This document shows positions 40,545-50,554 of a DNA stretch of 64,000 nucleotides, piece by piece. Each line of letters begins with the position of its first letter. Positions within the stretch are counted from its first letter, which is position 1. The position numbers and the translations under genes are program-made. The notes below the pieces were generated by a model. The model ran no database searches. It saw nothing but the letters and a program-made list of their open reading frames with translations, and was not told where the DNA came from. Source of the stretch: an uncultured delta proteobacterium (lineage in GTDB: Bacteria > Myxococcota > Myxococcia > Myxococcales > Myxococcaceae). The stretch is taken from NCBI GenBank assembly GCA_963731795.1, contig CAVSWU010000003.1:1222216-1286215 (forward strand). Direction: 5' to 3'.

Positions 40545-40716
40545 GGCCGCGTCCGTTCAATCAAGCGGGAGGCTGCGGGTCAAGGCTCGCCCCCCTGGCG
40601 TATGCCCGCCACCTCTGGCGGCTAGGGTGCTCGGCACGTGCCGAAGTGCGACAGCTCGGCGCGTAGAGCACCAACGGCGCGAAGCTTGGGCGCGGTGGGG
40701 CACACGAGGGGATGCC

Positions 40717-41160
40717 TCAGAGATCCACCTCGTCGGGCAGCTCGTTCACATCGCGGGGACCGGCGGACGGGAAGTGCTCGGCGAGCCGCTCGCCGATCTC
40801 GCGGATGCCTTCCACCAGCCCGGCGGTGAAATCTCCAGCCTGGAAGTGCCTGGCGAGGGTTCCCGCCACATGCTCCCAGAAGTCCTGTCCCACCCTGGCG
40901 TGGATGCCCTCGTCCCCGAGCACAGCGAACCGGCGCCGCGCTGGGACGACGAAGATCAGCACGCCGCTGCGCTCACGCGTGGCCGTCATCCCCAGCCGCT
41001 GAAAGGCGCGCTCGGCCGCGCGCCTCACGCTTCCCCAGAAGAGGGGCGCGAGCGAGACACGGATCTCCCCCGAGCTCCGCCGCTCGGCGGCCCGCAACGC
41101 CTCCTCCACCCGCGGGACATCGATCCGCTGGAGGATCTGCCTTCGTGTCATCGGTCCCAT
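40717..41160 (-). CDS. TPM-domain (DUF477-like) protein
   Basis: GVLIFVVPARRRFAVLGDEGI...FWE pattern. Third gene of the lemA-TPM-TPM arrangement. Confidence 0.55.
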   Translation of the reverse strand: MGPMTRRQILQRIDVPRVEEALRAAERRSSGEIRVSLAPLFWGSVRRAAERAFQRLGMTATRERSGVLIFVVPARRRFAVLGDEGIHARVGQDFWEHVAGTLARHFQAGDFTAGLVEGIREIGERLAEHFPSAGPRDVNELPDEVDL

Positions 41161-41175
41161 ACGCCTCGCCTCCTC

Positions 41176-41916
41176 TCACCAGGAACCGCTCGCGCCTCCA
41201 CCTCCCGAGCGCCCGCCTCCCCCACGGAAGCCGCCGCCCCCGCCTCCACGCCGCCCCCCGGCTCCACCGCCCCCGCTCAGCATCTGGAAGAGCAGGAAGA
41301 GCGCCAGGCGCGGGTGGGTGACGACGAACGCGAGCACCAGCAGCCCCACCACCACCAGCACGATGAGCTGCCCCGTCCCGAGGTGAGGCACGGCAGGACG
41401 AACGGTGGGCGCGCCTGACGGTGGAGAGGTCTCTCCTCCAAGCGCCTTCAGCAATGCGCCGACGGTGGCGCTCACCGCCCCGTCCGGATCCCCAGCCCGA
41501 AGCCGGGGGAGCGCCTCCTCCTGGACGATCCGCGAGGCGACTGCATCGGGCACCACCGGCTCCAGACCGTAGCCGACCTCGATCCGGAGCCGGCGATCCT
41601 TCGCGAACACGAAGACCGCGGCGCCATCATCGCGCCCCTTCTTGCCAATGCCCCAGGCCTCGAACGTCCGAGCGGCCCACTCCTCGAGCGGAACGCCCCC
41701 CGTGCTCTCGCCGATCCAGACGATCACCTGGCGGCCCGTGTCCCGCTCGTACTGCTCGAGCCGTGTGTCCAGGGCGCGCCGCGCTGGCTCCGAGAGGAAC
41801 CCCGCTGTGTCGGTGACCCACCGCGTAGGTGCCGGAGGCGGCTGGAACGAGGCCGCGAGCGCCGCGAAGCCCAACAGCACGGCGGCCCATCCCGCCCCTG
41901 TTGCCTTCCCGCGCAC
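41176..41916 (-). CDS. TPM-domain membrane protein (YgcG-like) with Gly-rich C-terminus
   Basis: Signal peptide, TPM core (QVIVWIGESTGGVPLEEWAARTFEAWGIGKKGRDDGAAVFVFAKDRRLRIEVGYGLE), a TM helix and a GGGGRGGGG tail. Confidence 0.65.
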   Translation of the reverse strand: MRGKATGAGWAAVLLGFAALAASFQPPPAPTRWVTDTAGFLSEPARRALDTRLEQYERDTGRQVIVWIGESTGGVPLEEWAARTFEAWGIGKKGRDDGAAVFVFAKDRRLRIEVGYGLEPVVPDAVASRIVQEEALPRLRAGDPDGAVSATVGALLKALGGETSPPSGAPTVRPAVPHLGTGQLIVLVVVGLLVLAFVVTHPRLALFLLFQMLSGGGGAGGRRGGGGGGFRGGGGRSGGGGASGSW

Positions 41917-41919
41917 GGC

Positions 41920-42519
41920 CTAGAACTGCACCTGGGGGGCTGTCTTTGCCCCCTGCTCTGCCTGGAAGTACGGCCGCTCGGCGAACCGCTGGCCGAAGAA
42001 CCCGGCGAAGAGGACCGTGGGGAAGCTGTTGCGCCGGGTGTTGAACGCCTGCGCTGCCTCGTTGAAGCGCATCCGCTCCACCGCGATGCGGTTCTCCGTC
42101 CCCTCCAGCTGCGCTTGCAGATCGCGGAAGTTCTGCGTCGCGCGCAGCTCGGGGTAACGCTCCACCGTCACCAGCAGCCGCGAGAGCGCGCCCGAGAGGT
42201 TCTGCTGCGCCTGCTGGAACTGCTGGAAGGCCGCGGGATCCTCGAGGATGTCCTTGCCCGCCGTGGCGGTCACCTGGGTGGCCTTGGCCCGCGCCTCGGT
42301 CACCTGGGTCAACGTCTGCTGCTCGAAGCGAGCGGCGCCCTTCACCGTCTCCACGAGGTTGGGCACCAGGTCCAGCCGGCGCTGGTAGACGTTCTCCACC
42401 TGGCCCCACTGCGCGCTCACCGCCTGATCGAGCCGCACCAGCGAGTTGTACGAACCCACCGCGCCCAGCCCGAGCAGCACCAGCAGCGCCAAGAGCCCCA
42501 GCCCCAGCCACTTGCCCAC
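41920..42519 (-). CDS. lemA: LemA family protein
   Basis: N-terminal TM followed by SYNSLVRLDQAVSAQWGQVENVYQRRLDLVPNLVETVKG, the canonical LemA signature. Confidence 0.8.
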   Translation of the reverse strand: MGKWLGLGLLALLVLLGLGAVGSYNSLVRLDQAVSAQWGQVENVYQRRLDLVPNLVETVKGAARFEQQTLTQVTEARAKATQVTATAGKDILEDPAAFQQFQQAQQNLSGALSRLLVTVERYPELRATQNFRDLQAQLEGTENRIAVERMRFNEAAQAFNTRRNSFPTVLFAGFFGQRFAERPYFQAEQGAKTAPQVQF

Positions 42520-42793
42520 GTGTCACCCCCTGCCTGATAGCCAGGCAGTGATGCTCCTCGGAGAAGGTAGTCACCGCCGTGGCCAGCGACCGTCGCCAAG
42601 AGCGAATGGGCACCATCCCCGCCATCTTCCCGAGCAGCCCTCTGGATACCTGCCCCGAGACCTGGCGAGCGAGCAGGCCCTCTCCAAGCCGGTGCCGGGC
42701 TGCCCGAAAGTCCAGCCCCCGTTCCCATTGCGCGGCGCTCGACTAGCATCGGTCCACGCACGAGACGTCTCGTTCCCATTTGGAGGACTTCGC

Positions 42794-43549
42794 ATGCTCC
42801 CTGCCTGCTCCCGCTCCTTCTCTTGGAGCTTGCTTGCCCTCGCGCTGTCCCTGGTCGCCGCGCCGGCCCTCGCGGGAGAGCCGATCTTCTGTGGCGAGGA
42901 CCCCATCCCCCATGATCAGGGCCTCTCCATCGGCCGCGCCTCCAACGGGCAGCTCCTCGGCGCCCAAGCGCTCATTCCTGACGAGACCATCCGCATCCTG
43001 CCGCTGCGCCACGTGCGCCGCTGCCTCAACTGGGGCACCCCCCGCCTCGTCGCCGCCCTGCAGCACGCGGCGGAGGCCGTCCGCCAGCTCTCGCCCGAGG
43101 CGCCTCCGCTCGGAGTGGGAGACATGTCCAAGGCGCGCGGCGGCCCCATCCGGCCCTACTCCCGCTCGCACCAGTCCGGGCGGGACGCGGACCTCGCCTT
43201 CTACCAGTTGGACGAGCAAGGCCAGCCCGTCCCCGCCGAGGATCTGCTCTCGTTCGACGCCCGAGGCTACGCCGACAACGGCCGGCGCCGCTTCGATGTC
43301 CGGCGCAACTGGCTGCTGGTGCGCGCGCTGCTCGAGGACAATGAGGTGGATGTGCAGTGGATGTTCATCAGCGAGCCGCTGCGACGGGCGCTGCTGGATG
43401 AGGCGCGCAAACTGAACGAGCCCGCCACCCTGCTCCAGCGCGCCGCGAGCGTGCTGCACCAGCCCACCGACTCACGCCCCCACGACGACCACTTCCACGT
43501 GCGCATCCGCTGCACCGCGGAGGAGCGAGCCGCCGGCTGCGTCGGCTGA
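42794..43549 (+). CDS. mepA: penicillin-insensitive murein endopeptidase MepA (peptidase M74)
   Basis: Signal peptide and a C-terminal HDDHFHVR zinc-binding motif. The ORF is open from 42446 but the signal peptide starts at 42794. Confidence 0.75.
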   Translation: MLPACSRSFSWSLLALALSLVAAPALAGEPIFCGEDPIPHDQGLSIGRASNGQLLGAQALIPDETIRILPLRHVRRCLNWGTPRLVAALQHAAEAVRQLSPEAPPLGVGDMSKARGGPIRPYSRSHQSGRDADLAFYQLDEQGQPVPAEDLLSFDARGYADNGRRRFDVRRNWLLVRALLEDNEVDVQWMFISEPLRRALLDEARKLNEPATLLQRAASVLHQPTDSRPHDDHFHVRIRCTAEERAAGCVG

Positions 43550-43569
43550 GGTGCAACCCGAGCGCGCGC

Positions 43570-44790
43570 TCACGGCACGGAGCTGACCTCGGGCGCCGAC
43601 GCCAGAGCGAGCACGCCAGGCTTCGCGGCCTCCACCTCCACCCAAAGCGACTCCGTGCCCGGGAGGACCCGATACGAGTGCCAGCCCGAGGGCAGGGCCG
43701 GTGTCGCCCAGGCGAAGAGCCAGCGCGCGTCAGGCAGCGAGAGGTTCACGCACCCGTGCGTCACCGCCACCCCGAACTTCGAGTGCCAGAAGGCGCCGTG
43801 CAGCGCCTCTCCTGCGTGGAAATACTGGGTATAGGGGACCTCCTCCACGAAGTACTCGTTCTCCTCGGCCATCAGCTCGTGCAGCGTCTTGCTCCACACG
43901 CGAAACAGGCCGCTGTGCGTGATCGTGTCCCGATTCCCCGGCATCCCCGTGGAGACGAGCGTCGCGTACACCCAGGTGTCCCCCTCGTACGCGGTGAGCA
44001 CCTGCTCGGTGAGATCCACGTGGACCCACTTCGCTCCGGGTGGCACCGAGGAAGGACGCGGCCGGGGGAAGGCCAGCCGCACCGCGCCACGCGGGAGGGC
44101 TCCCCCCGGGACGCGCACCGTGCTCCGCGTCACCTCCAGGAGCGGGAAGCGAGAGAACTTGGGCAGCGGCTCGGGCGCCACATCCGGGGCGAGCCTCGCG
44201 GGCTTCCAGAGGAAGGCGAGCGGTCCGCTGGGGCGCTCCTCCCCGCGAAAGCTCGAAGGCTCGTCGAGCCGGACCTGCTGAGCGCTCACGAAGCCGCCCC
44301 CCGGGCGCACCAGCCATCCCCTCGCGAGCAGCTCCTCGTCCCGGGTGAACGCCAGCACCCGGCCCGCCGGCACGCGCTTCATGCGCCGCGCCCGGGCGTC
44401 CGGCTCCGCGCGCACGTCCGCGCCCGCGCGTAGCACCTTCCCGTAGAGGAACTCGGGAAGCTGCTCCAGGGCCGGCGTGTCCGGATCCGCCACCTTCAGC
44501 AGCGACAGCCGGATGGCGCCCTGATCGCCGAGCAGCGCCCAGGCCCTGGGCGCCTCACACGAGGGAGTGCAGCCCGTCACCCGGAAGCGGCTGTTGCGCC
44601 TGAGCAGCCCCACGATCGGAGCCTGGTTGTCCGGGCGCTGGTGCACATAGGCGGCATCCACCTGGAGCTCGGCATCCAAGGGAGGTGCCCAGAGAGGCGT
44701 GGTGCCAGGCTCGGGCGAACGTGGAGCCGCCAGCGCCTGTGAAGCCCCCAGGGCAAGCGCCATCAGAAGGCTCACCAACATCTCGTTCAT
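43570..44790 (-). CDS. L,D-transpeptidase (YkuD) domain protein
   Basis: C-terminal catalytic HSGLFRV...HGCVNLSLPDARWLF (His/Cys YkuD motif). Signal peptide at MNEMLVSLLMALALGASQALA. Confidence 0.7.
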   Translation of the reverse strand: MNEMLVSLLMALALGASQALAAPRSPEPGTTPLWAPPLDAELQVDAAYVHQRPDNQAPIVGLLRRNSRFRVTGCTPSCEAPRAWALLGDQGAIRLSLLKVADPDTPALEQLPEFLYGKVLRAGADVRAEPDARARRMKRVPAGRVLAFTRDEELLARGWLVRPGGGFVSAQQVRLDEPSSFRGEERPSGPLAFLWKPARLAPDVAPEPLPKFSRFPLLEVTRSTVRVPGGALPRGAVRLAFPRPRPSSVPPGAKWVHVDLTEQVLTAYEGDTWVYATLVSTGMPGNRDTITHSGLFRVWSKTLHELMAEENEYFVEEVPYTQYFHAGEALHGAFWHSKFGVAVTHGCVNLSLPDARWLFAWATPALPSGWHSYRVLPGTESLWVEVEAAKPGVLALASAPEVSSVP

Positions 44791-44940
44791 GGAGTCACCA
44801 GCCGTTGCCAGGGTGGCCTCCATGTAATGCGATGCACGTGCCAGCCTTGATGGATTCCTGGCGAACCGCATTGGGACGCAAAACCTGCGCGCGAGCCAGA
44901 CGGCCCCGCAGCCCCTGCAGGCCCATGGGGAGTGTCCGCG

Positions 44941-46450
44941 CTAGGCCGGCAGCACCTCCAGCATGGAGAACAGCCGCTGGATATCAATGGGCTTGTCCAT
45001 GCAGGGGTTGCGCGCCGTGCTCAAGAACGTGCGCGACTCTTCCGTGAAGGCCCCACCCGTCATGAAGATGACGCGCTGGGCCTGCTCTGGCGCCAACCGC
45101 TCCAGCTGTTGATGGAACTGGGGCCCGCTCATCTCCGGCATCATCAGATCGCAGAGGATGGCGTCGAAGCGGCGGCCGGCGGTGATGTGCTCCAGCGCGT
45201 CCTGGGCGCGGTGGAAGGTGGTGACCTGGTGCCGCGCGCTCAGCAGTCGCCGGAGGGCCTTGCCCACGGCCACCTCGTCATCGAGCACGAGCACTCCCAA
45301 GCCCTGGCTGGCGGCCCTGGACTTCGCCTCCCGTGTGTCCTCCGCCTCTCGAGCCACACGCAGGTGGACCCAGAACATGCTGCCCCGGCCTGGCCCACTC
45401 TCCACTCCGATGCCGCCCTCCAGCTCGGTGACGAGGCGGCGGCAGATGGACAGCCCGAGCCCGGTGCCCACCCCCACTGGCTTCGTGGTGAAGAAGGGCT
45501 CGAAGATTCGCTCGTGCAGCTCCGGTGGAATGCCCGCGCCGGTGTCGTGGATCTCCACCCGCACCGCGTCGCCTTCGCGGCGGGTCACCACGCGGATCTC
45601 ATGCTCATGGCTGTGCCCCTCGGGAATGGCCTGGGCCGCGTTGATGATCAGGTTGAGGAAGACCTGCCCCAGCCGCGCCTCGCTGCCATGGACCCAGGGA
45701 ATATCCCGGTAGTCCTTGACGAGCCGGGCGCGGTGGAAGAGGTGGTTCTGCGCCATCCGCAGGGCCGAGTCCAACACCCGGTGCACGTCCGTCGGGCCAA
45801 AGCTCTGCCCCTCCGGACGGGAGAAGATCTTGATATCCCGGATGATGTCCCGGATGAGCTGGGAGCACGCGAACGCATCCCCCAGCGCCAGCCGATGCTC
45901 TCTTTCCCCCCACTTCTCCGGGGAGGCGCCCAGGGTGAACTCCAGGTTCATCATCAGTGAGGCGAGCGGATTATTGAGCTCATGGGCCACGCTGGCGGCG
46001 AGCATGCCCAGCGAGGCCAGCCGGTCCGACAGCAGCAACTGCTCCTGCATCCTGCGGCGCTCGATCCGGAAGCTCGGCCTCGCGCAGCTCGCGGGCCACG
46101 GCCGGCCCCAGCCGCCCCAGCCGATCCTTGAGCACGAAGTCGTGAACGCCCGCCTTCATCGCGGCCACTGCCACGTCCTCGCCGATCTTCCCCGACACGA
46201 TGAGGAAGGGCACATCCAATCCCCGCTGCCGCACCACGGAGAACGCACTCAGGCCGTCGAAGCGCGGCAGCGCATAGTCGGTGATGATGACATCCCAGGG
46301 GCCCACGTTCAGCGCGCGCTCGAGCTCCTCGCGCGTCTCGACCCGGGTATGAGAGACGGTGTAGCCACTGCGATTCAGCTCGCGTAGCAGCAGCGCGGCA
46401 TCATCCTCGGAATCCTCGATGAGGAGCAGCCGCAGAACCTGGGCACTCAT
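44941..46450 (-). CDS. hybrid sensor histidine kinase (REC-HisKA-HATPase_c-REC); frameshift near 46050-46080
   Basis: N-terminal receiver (LLLIEDSEDD...D) in one frame. H-box SVAHELNNPL, N/G boxes and a C-terminal receiver are in the adjacent frame. Confidence 0.7.
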
Positions 46451-46914
46451 CCCGCACCTCTCATCGCACGAGGCGACGGCTCATTGAGGACGAGCCAGTA
46501 CATGCCGAGCTGCCGCACCGCCTCGAAGAAGTCGGTGACGCCCACTGGCTTGCGTACATAGCTGTTGACGCCCAGCTCGTAGCTGCCGTCCAGATCCCGT
46601 TCCTCGTTGGAGGAGGTGAGCATCACCACGGGGAGCAGCCGCGTGCGCTCGTCCTCCCGGATGCGGCGCAGCACCGCCAGCCCGTCCATCTTGGGCAGGT
46701 GGATGTCGAGCAGCACCACCTGGAGCTGGATGTTCGGATCGCGTCCGGCGTGCACTCCCTGGACGAAGATGTAGTCGATCGCCTCGGCCCCATCCCGTAC
46801 GACGACGATGGGGTTGCGGATGTTGCTCTTGCGCAAGGCCCGCAAGGTCAACACCTCATCGTCCGGGTTGTCCTCCACGAGAAGAATGACACGCTGATTG
46901 ACGAACTCATTCAT
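46447..46914 (-). CDS. single-domain response regulator (receiver)
   Basis: ILLVEDNPDDEVL...LLDIHLPKMDGL...KP. Its stop overlaps the hybrid kinase start (ATGA). Confidence 0.7.
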   Translation of the reverse strand: MNEFVNQRVILLVEDNPDDEVLTLRALRKSNIRNPIVVVRDGAEAIDYIFVQGVHAGRDPNIQLQVVLLDIHLPKMDGLAVLRRIREDERTRLLPVVMLTSSNEERDLDGSYELGVNSYVRKPVGVTDFFEAVRQLGMYWLVLNEPSPRAMRGAG

Positions 46915-48541
46915 GGGCTTGCTTTCCAGGCACGATGGGTGTGGTTCCAGGGGGAAGAGGCATTTCATTGAGGGTGAAAATGAAACAGGCACCCCGGCCT
47001 GGTTGGCCCTCACCCCAGACGCGACCGCCGTGGCGGCGGATGATGCGCTGCACGGTGGCCAGGCCCACGCCGTTGCCCTCGAACTCCGACTGTGTGTGCA
47101 GTCGCTGGAAGACGCCGAACAACTTGTCCCGATACGCCATGTCGAAACCGGCGCCGTTATCCCTCACAAAGTAGTTGCGAATCCCTTGCACCTCCTTCGC
47201 GCCAAACTCGATCTCAGCCAGCGGGCGCTCACGCGTGAACTTCCAGGCGTTGCCTAGCAGGTTCTCCAGCACGGAGCGCAAGAGCTGCGGGTCACCCTGC
47301 ACCACCAGCCCCTCCTGGAGGGTGAAGCGCGCGTTGCGCTCGGGCTGGAGGAGTTGGAGCTGCTCGGCGATGGCACGCGCCATGGCCGACAGATCACACC
47401 GGCTGGTCGCCAGCGCCGTGCGATTGACCCGCGAGAGGGACAGGATCCCATCGATCAGCTCGGACATGCGGTGAGCGCCGTTGCGGATGCGCCTCAGGTA
47501 GTCCAGTCCCGTCTCATCCAGGCAGGGTGCGCAGTCCTCCGTGAGTGCGTCGCTGAAGCTGGCGATGCTTCGCAGCGGGGCGCGCAGATCGTGGGCCACG
47601 GAATAGGCAAAGGCCTCCAGCTCGCGATTGGAGAACTCGAGCTGGGAGGTGCGCTCCGCGATGCGGCGCTCGAGCTCGGCGTTGAGCTTGCGCACCTCCT
47701 CCTCGGCACTGCGGCGCGCGGTGATGTCGGTGATGGTGGCCAGCGATCCCGTATAGCGGCCCTGCTCGTCGATCATGGGCGAGGAGGACATGTTGGCCCA
47801 GATGGACGAGCCGTCCTTGCGCCGGAACCTGAAGTCCATGACTTCGGCGCGCCCCTGGCGGCGGCGCTCGATGTTCTCCTCCGCGAGCCGTTGTCCCTCC
47901 TCGTCCATGAACGAGAAGATGGACTTGCCCATCATCTCGTCCACGCGGTAGCCGAGCATCTCGGCCATGAAGCGGTTGACGTAGGTCGTGCGGCTCTGGG
48001 GGTCGATGGTCCAGATGCCTTCCCGGGCGGTCTCCACCAGGAGTTGGAAGCGCTGCTCGGTGCGGCGCTTCTCCTCTTCGTTCCGGCGCGCCGTGTCCAT
48101 GTCCTTGATGAGCGCCATGCCCCCGATGATCTGGCCCTGCTCGTCGCGCAGAGGGACGCAATGGCAGCGGACGTGCCGGCCCTGCGGCACGTTCGCGTTG
48201 CGGACGAACATGTCCACATCCCGGATTTCCTCTCCCCTCAAGGCGCGCCAGATGGGCATCTGATCGACTGTGAAGGGTGTCCGCTCGTCAGCGTGGAAGA
48301 TCCCGACCTCATTCCACTCCGCGGGAGAGGCATGCCTGGCGCCGTTGCCAAACAGCCAATCGGCGTAGGGGCTGGTGTAGACGAAGGTCCCCGTGGCATC
48401 GGCGATGGAAATGCCTTCGGAGATATTGTTCAGGATGGCCCGGAGGAGGTGCCGATGCTGGCCCTGGAAGAGCGCCTCATCCAGCGTGTCCAGAGGGACA
48501 GCCGGCGGAGTGACGGCAGTCATGGCCTCCTCCATGAGCAT
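46907..48541 (-). CDS. PAS-domain sensor histidine kinase
   Basis: Two PAS/PAC-like segments, H-box SVAHDLRAPL and HATPase_c (NLLGNAWKF...GLGL). Confidence 0.8.
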   Translation of the reverse strand: MLMEEAMTAVTPPAVPLDTLDEALFQGQHRHLLRAILNNISEGISIADATGTFVYTSPYADWLFGNGARHASPAEWNEVGIFHADERTPFTVDQMPIWRALRGEEIRDVDMFVRNANVPQGRHVRCHCVPLRDEQGQIIGGMALIKDMDTARRNEEEKRRTEQRFQLLVETAREGIWTIDPQSRTTYVNRFMAEMLGYRVDEMMGKSIFSFMDEEGQRLAEENIERRRQGRAEVMDFRFRRKDGSSIWANMSSSPMIDEQGRYTGSLATITDITARRSAEEEVRKLNAELERRIAERTSQLEFSNRELEAFAYSVAHDLRAPLRSIASFSDALTEDCAPCLDETGLDYLRRIRNGAHRMSELIDGILSLSRVNRTALATSRCDLSAMARAIAEQLQLLQPERNARFTLQEGLVVQGDPQLLRSVLENLLGNAWKFTRERPLAEIEFGAKEVQGIRNYFVRDNGAGFDMAYRDKLFGVFQRLHTQSEFEGNGVGLATVQRIIRRHGGRVWGEGQPGRGACFIFTLNEMPLPPGTTPIVPGKQAHE

Positions 48542-48781
48542 GAGGCGGCCACGAGCGCGGCACCCGTCGAGTGCACGGAAAGACTTGGACAGACGAATGC
48601 CCCCAACACCTGTCTGAGTTGTGACATAGCCCCCCAGGCGCGAGGATGCGCCCGTTCAATTCTATAAAGCACTTCACATATGACCGTCATGAGAACGACA
48701 GACAATTGCCGCCCCTTCTTCAAGAAGTCGACACTTGCGCCTGGGGCGTCTGGGTATGTGGCTCCATTGTACCCCTCCCTG

Positions 48782-48801
48782 CGCTAGCACTTTCGTGCTA
48801 G
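48782..48801 (+). promoter_or_regulatory. perfect 8-bp inverted repeat GCTAGCAC-N4-GTGCTAGC immediately upstream of the rluA-like start
   Basis: Read directly. It sits in the ~270-bp intergenic region that also holds an AT-richer promoter-like stretch (48660-48710). Confidence 0.3.
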
Positions 48802-48810
48802 CGGAGAGCC

Positions 48811-50490
48811 GTGGAGACGTGGGTCACACCCTTTGAGAGGCAGCCAGCCCCTTGCGATGTCGCCGAGGCCTTCCCGAGCCCCTTTGACGAGCTCGGTCCG
48901 CACAGGCTCGCACGGCAGGCCGCGGAGCTGCTGCAGGCGGAGCTCCGGGCCGGCCTCATCGCCCCGGCCCTTCCCACCGCGATACTTGATGGCCCCGAGG
49001 GCGGGAAGATGTTCGGCGTGCTGGTCGTGCAGGAGCCCGATGGACGAGCCGGCTTCCTCCGGTCCTTCTCCGGCATGCTCGATGGGCGATGGGAGCTTCC
49101 AGGCTTCGTCCCGCCGCTCTTCGACCGCGAGGCACGAGCGCAGGTGGAGCCCGCGGGCGAGGCGGTGGTCAAAGCGTTGCTCGCGCGCGCCGAGGCTCTT
49201 CGCACCTCGCCGGAGCTCATCGCACTCCGAACCGCCCACGAAGCGCAGCAGGCACGCCACGCCCAGGAACGAGACGCGCTCCGGGCCTTGCACGAGGAGA
49301 GCAGGAGGCGACGCCACGCGCGGCGGGCCGAGCTCTCGGCGTCGAAGGCGCTGACAGAAGCCGAGAGGCGTGGGGCCCTCCATGCGCTCGATCAGGAGAG
49401 CCGGGGCGACAAGGCGGAGCGGCGCCGGCTGGAGGCGGCCCAGGAAGAGGAGCGGCGAGCGCTCGAGCCGAAGAGGGCGAGGCTCGAACGGCGTCTCCGG
49501 GCGCTCGAGCGCTTGCGGCGAATTGTCTGTCGCGCGCTCATGAAGCGGATCCATGACACCTACGTGGTCCCGAATGCGCGGGGCGAGCGCCGTCCCCTCC
49601 GGGCCCTGTTCTCCGGTGGAGAGCCTCCCTCGGGCACCGCCGACTGCGCGGCTCCGAAGCTCCTGGCCCATGCCTTCACACATGGGTTGCGTCCGCTGGC
49701 GCTGGCCGAGTTCTGGTGGGGTGCTCCGCCGCCCGCGGGGGGACGCATCGCCGGCGCGTTCTATCCCGCCTGCCGTGACAAGTGCGGGCCCCTCCTCCCC
49801 TTCCTGCTCGAAGGCCTGCGTGTCGAGCCCGCGAGAGCCTTCTCGCCCCCAGCGGCCGTGGCCGAGGAGCTGTCCATCGTCTTCGAGGACGCGTGGATCG
49901 TCGTGCTCGACAAGCCCCATGGCCTGCTCTCCGTCCCCAGCCGGGACACCTCGGTGACGGACTCGGTGCTCGCCCGGCTGCGTGCGCGATATTCGCAGGC
50001 GACGGGCCCGCTCCTCGTGCACCGGCTCGACCTGGACACCTCGGGCCTGCTCGTCGCGGCGCTGGACCCGCGGACCCACGCGGACCTGCAGCGGCAGTTC
50101 ACCCAGCGGGAGGTCCAGAAGCGATACGTGGCCTGGCTCGAGGGCACCGTCCGTGGCGAGCGAGGCACCATCGACTTCCCGATGCGCGTCGACCTCGATG
50201 ACCGGCCCCGGCAGATCTACGATCCCGTGCACGGCAAGCCCGCCGTGACCGAGTGGCACGTGCTGGAGCGAAGCGGAGAGCGAACCCGCGTGGCCTTCTT
50301 CCCTCGCACCGGGAGGACCCACCAGTTGCGCGTCCACGCGGCGCATCCCCTGGGCCTTGGCGCGCCCATCGTCGGGGATCGCCTCTACGGGCATGAGGCG
50401 GGCCGGCTGCACCTGCACGCCGAGTCCCTCTCGTTCCGGCACCCGCGGACGGGACAGCACGTCGCCTTCGAGCGGCCCGCGCCGTTCTGA
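48811..50490 (+). CDS. RluA-family pseudouridine synthase with long N-terminal extension
   Basis: HRLDLDTSGLLVAA catalytic motif; the C-terminal half is an RluA fold. Confidence 0.7.
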   Translation: METWVTPFERQPAPCDVAEAFPSPFDELGPHRLARQAAELLQAELRAGLIAPALPTAILDGPEGGKMFGVLVVQEPDGRAGFLRSFSGMLDGRWELPGFVPPLFDREARAQVEPAGEAVVKALLARAEALRTSPELIALRTAHEAQQARHAQERDALRALHEESRRRRHARRAELSASKALTEAERRGALHALDQESRGDKAERRRLEAAQEEERRALEPKRARLERRLRALERLRRIVCRALMKRIHDTYVVPNARGERRPLRALFSGGEPPSGTADCAAPKLLAHAFTHGLRPLALAEFWWGAPPPAGGRIAGAFYPACRDKCGPLLPFLLEGLRVEPARAFSPPAAVAEELSIVFEDAWIVVLDKPHGLLSVPSRDTSVTDSVLARLRARYSQATGPLLVHRLDLDTSGLLVAALDPRTHADLQRQFTQREVQKRYVAWLEGTVRGERGTIDFPMRVDLDDRPRQIYDPVHGKPAVTEWHVLERSGERTRVAFFPRTGRTHQLRVHAAHPLGLGAPIVGDRLYGHEAGRLHLHAESLSFRHPRTGQHVAFERPAPF

Positions 50491-50554
50491 GCGCGCCTTC
50501 CCCATGTGCTGAGAAGGAAGACACCCGGAGCGCGCTGAAGTATGCGGGAGAGCG

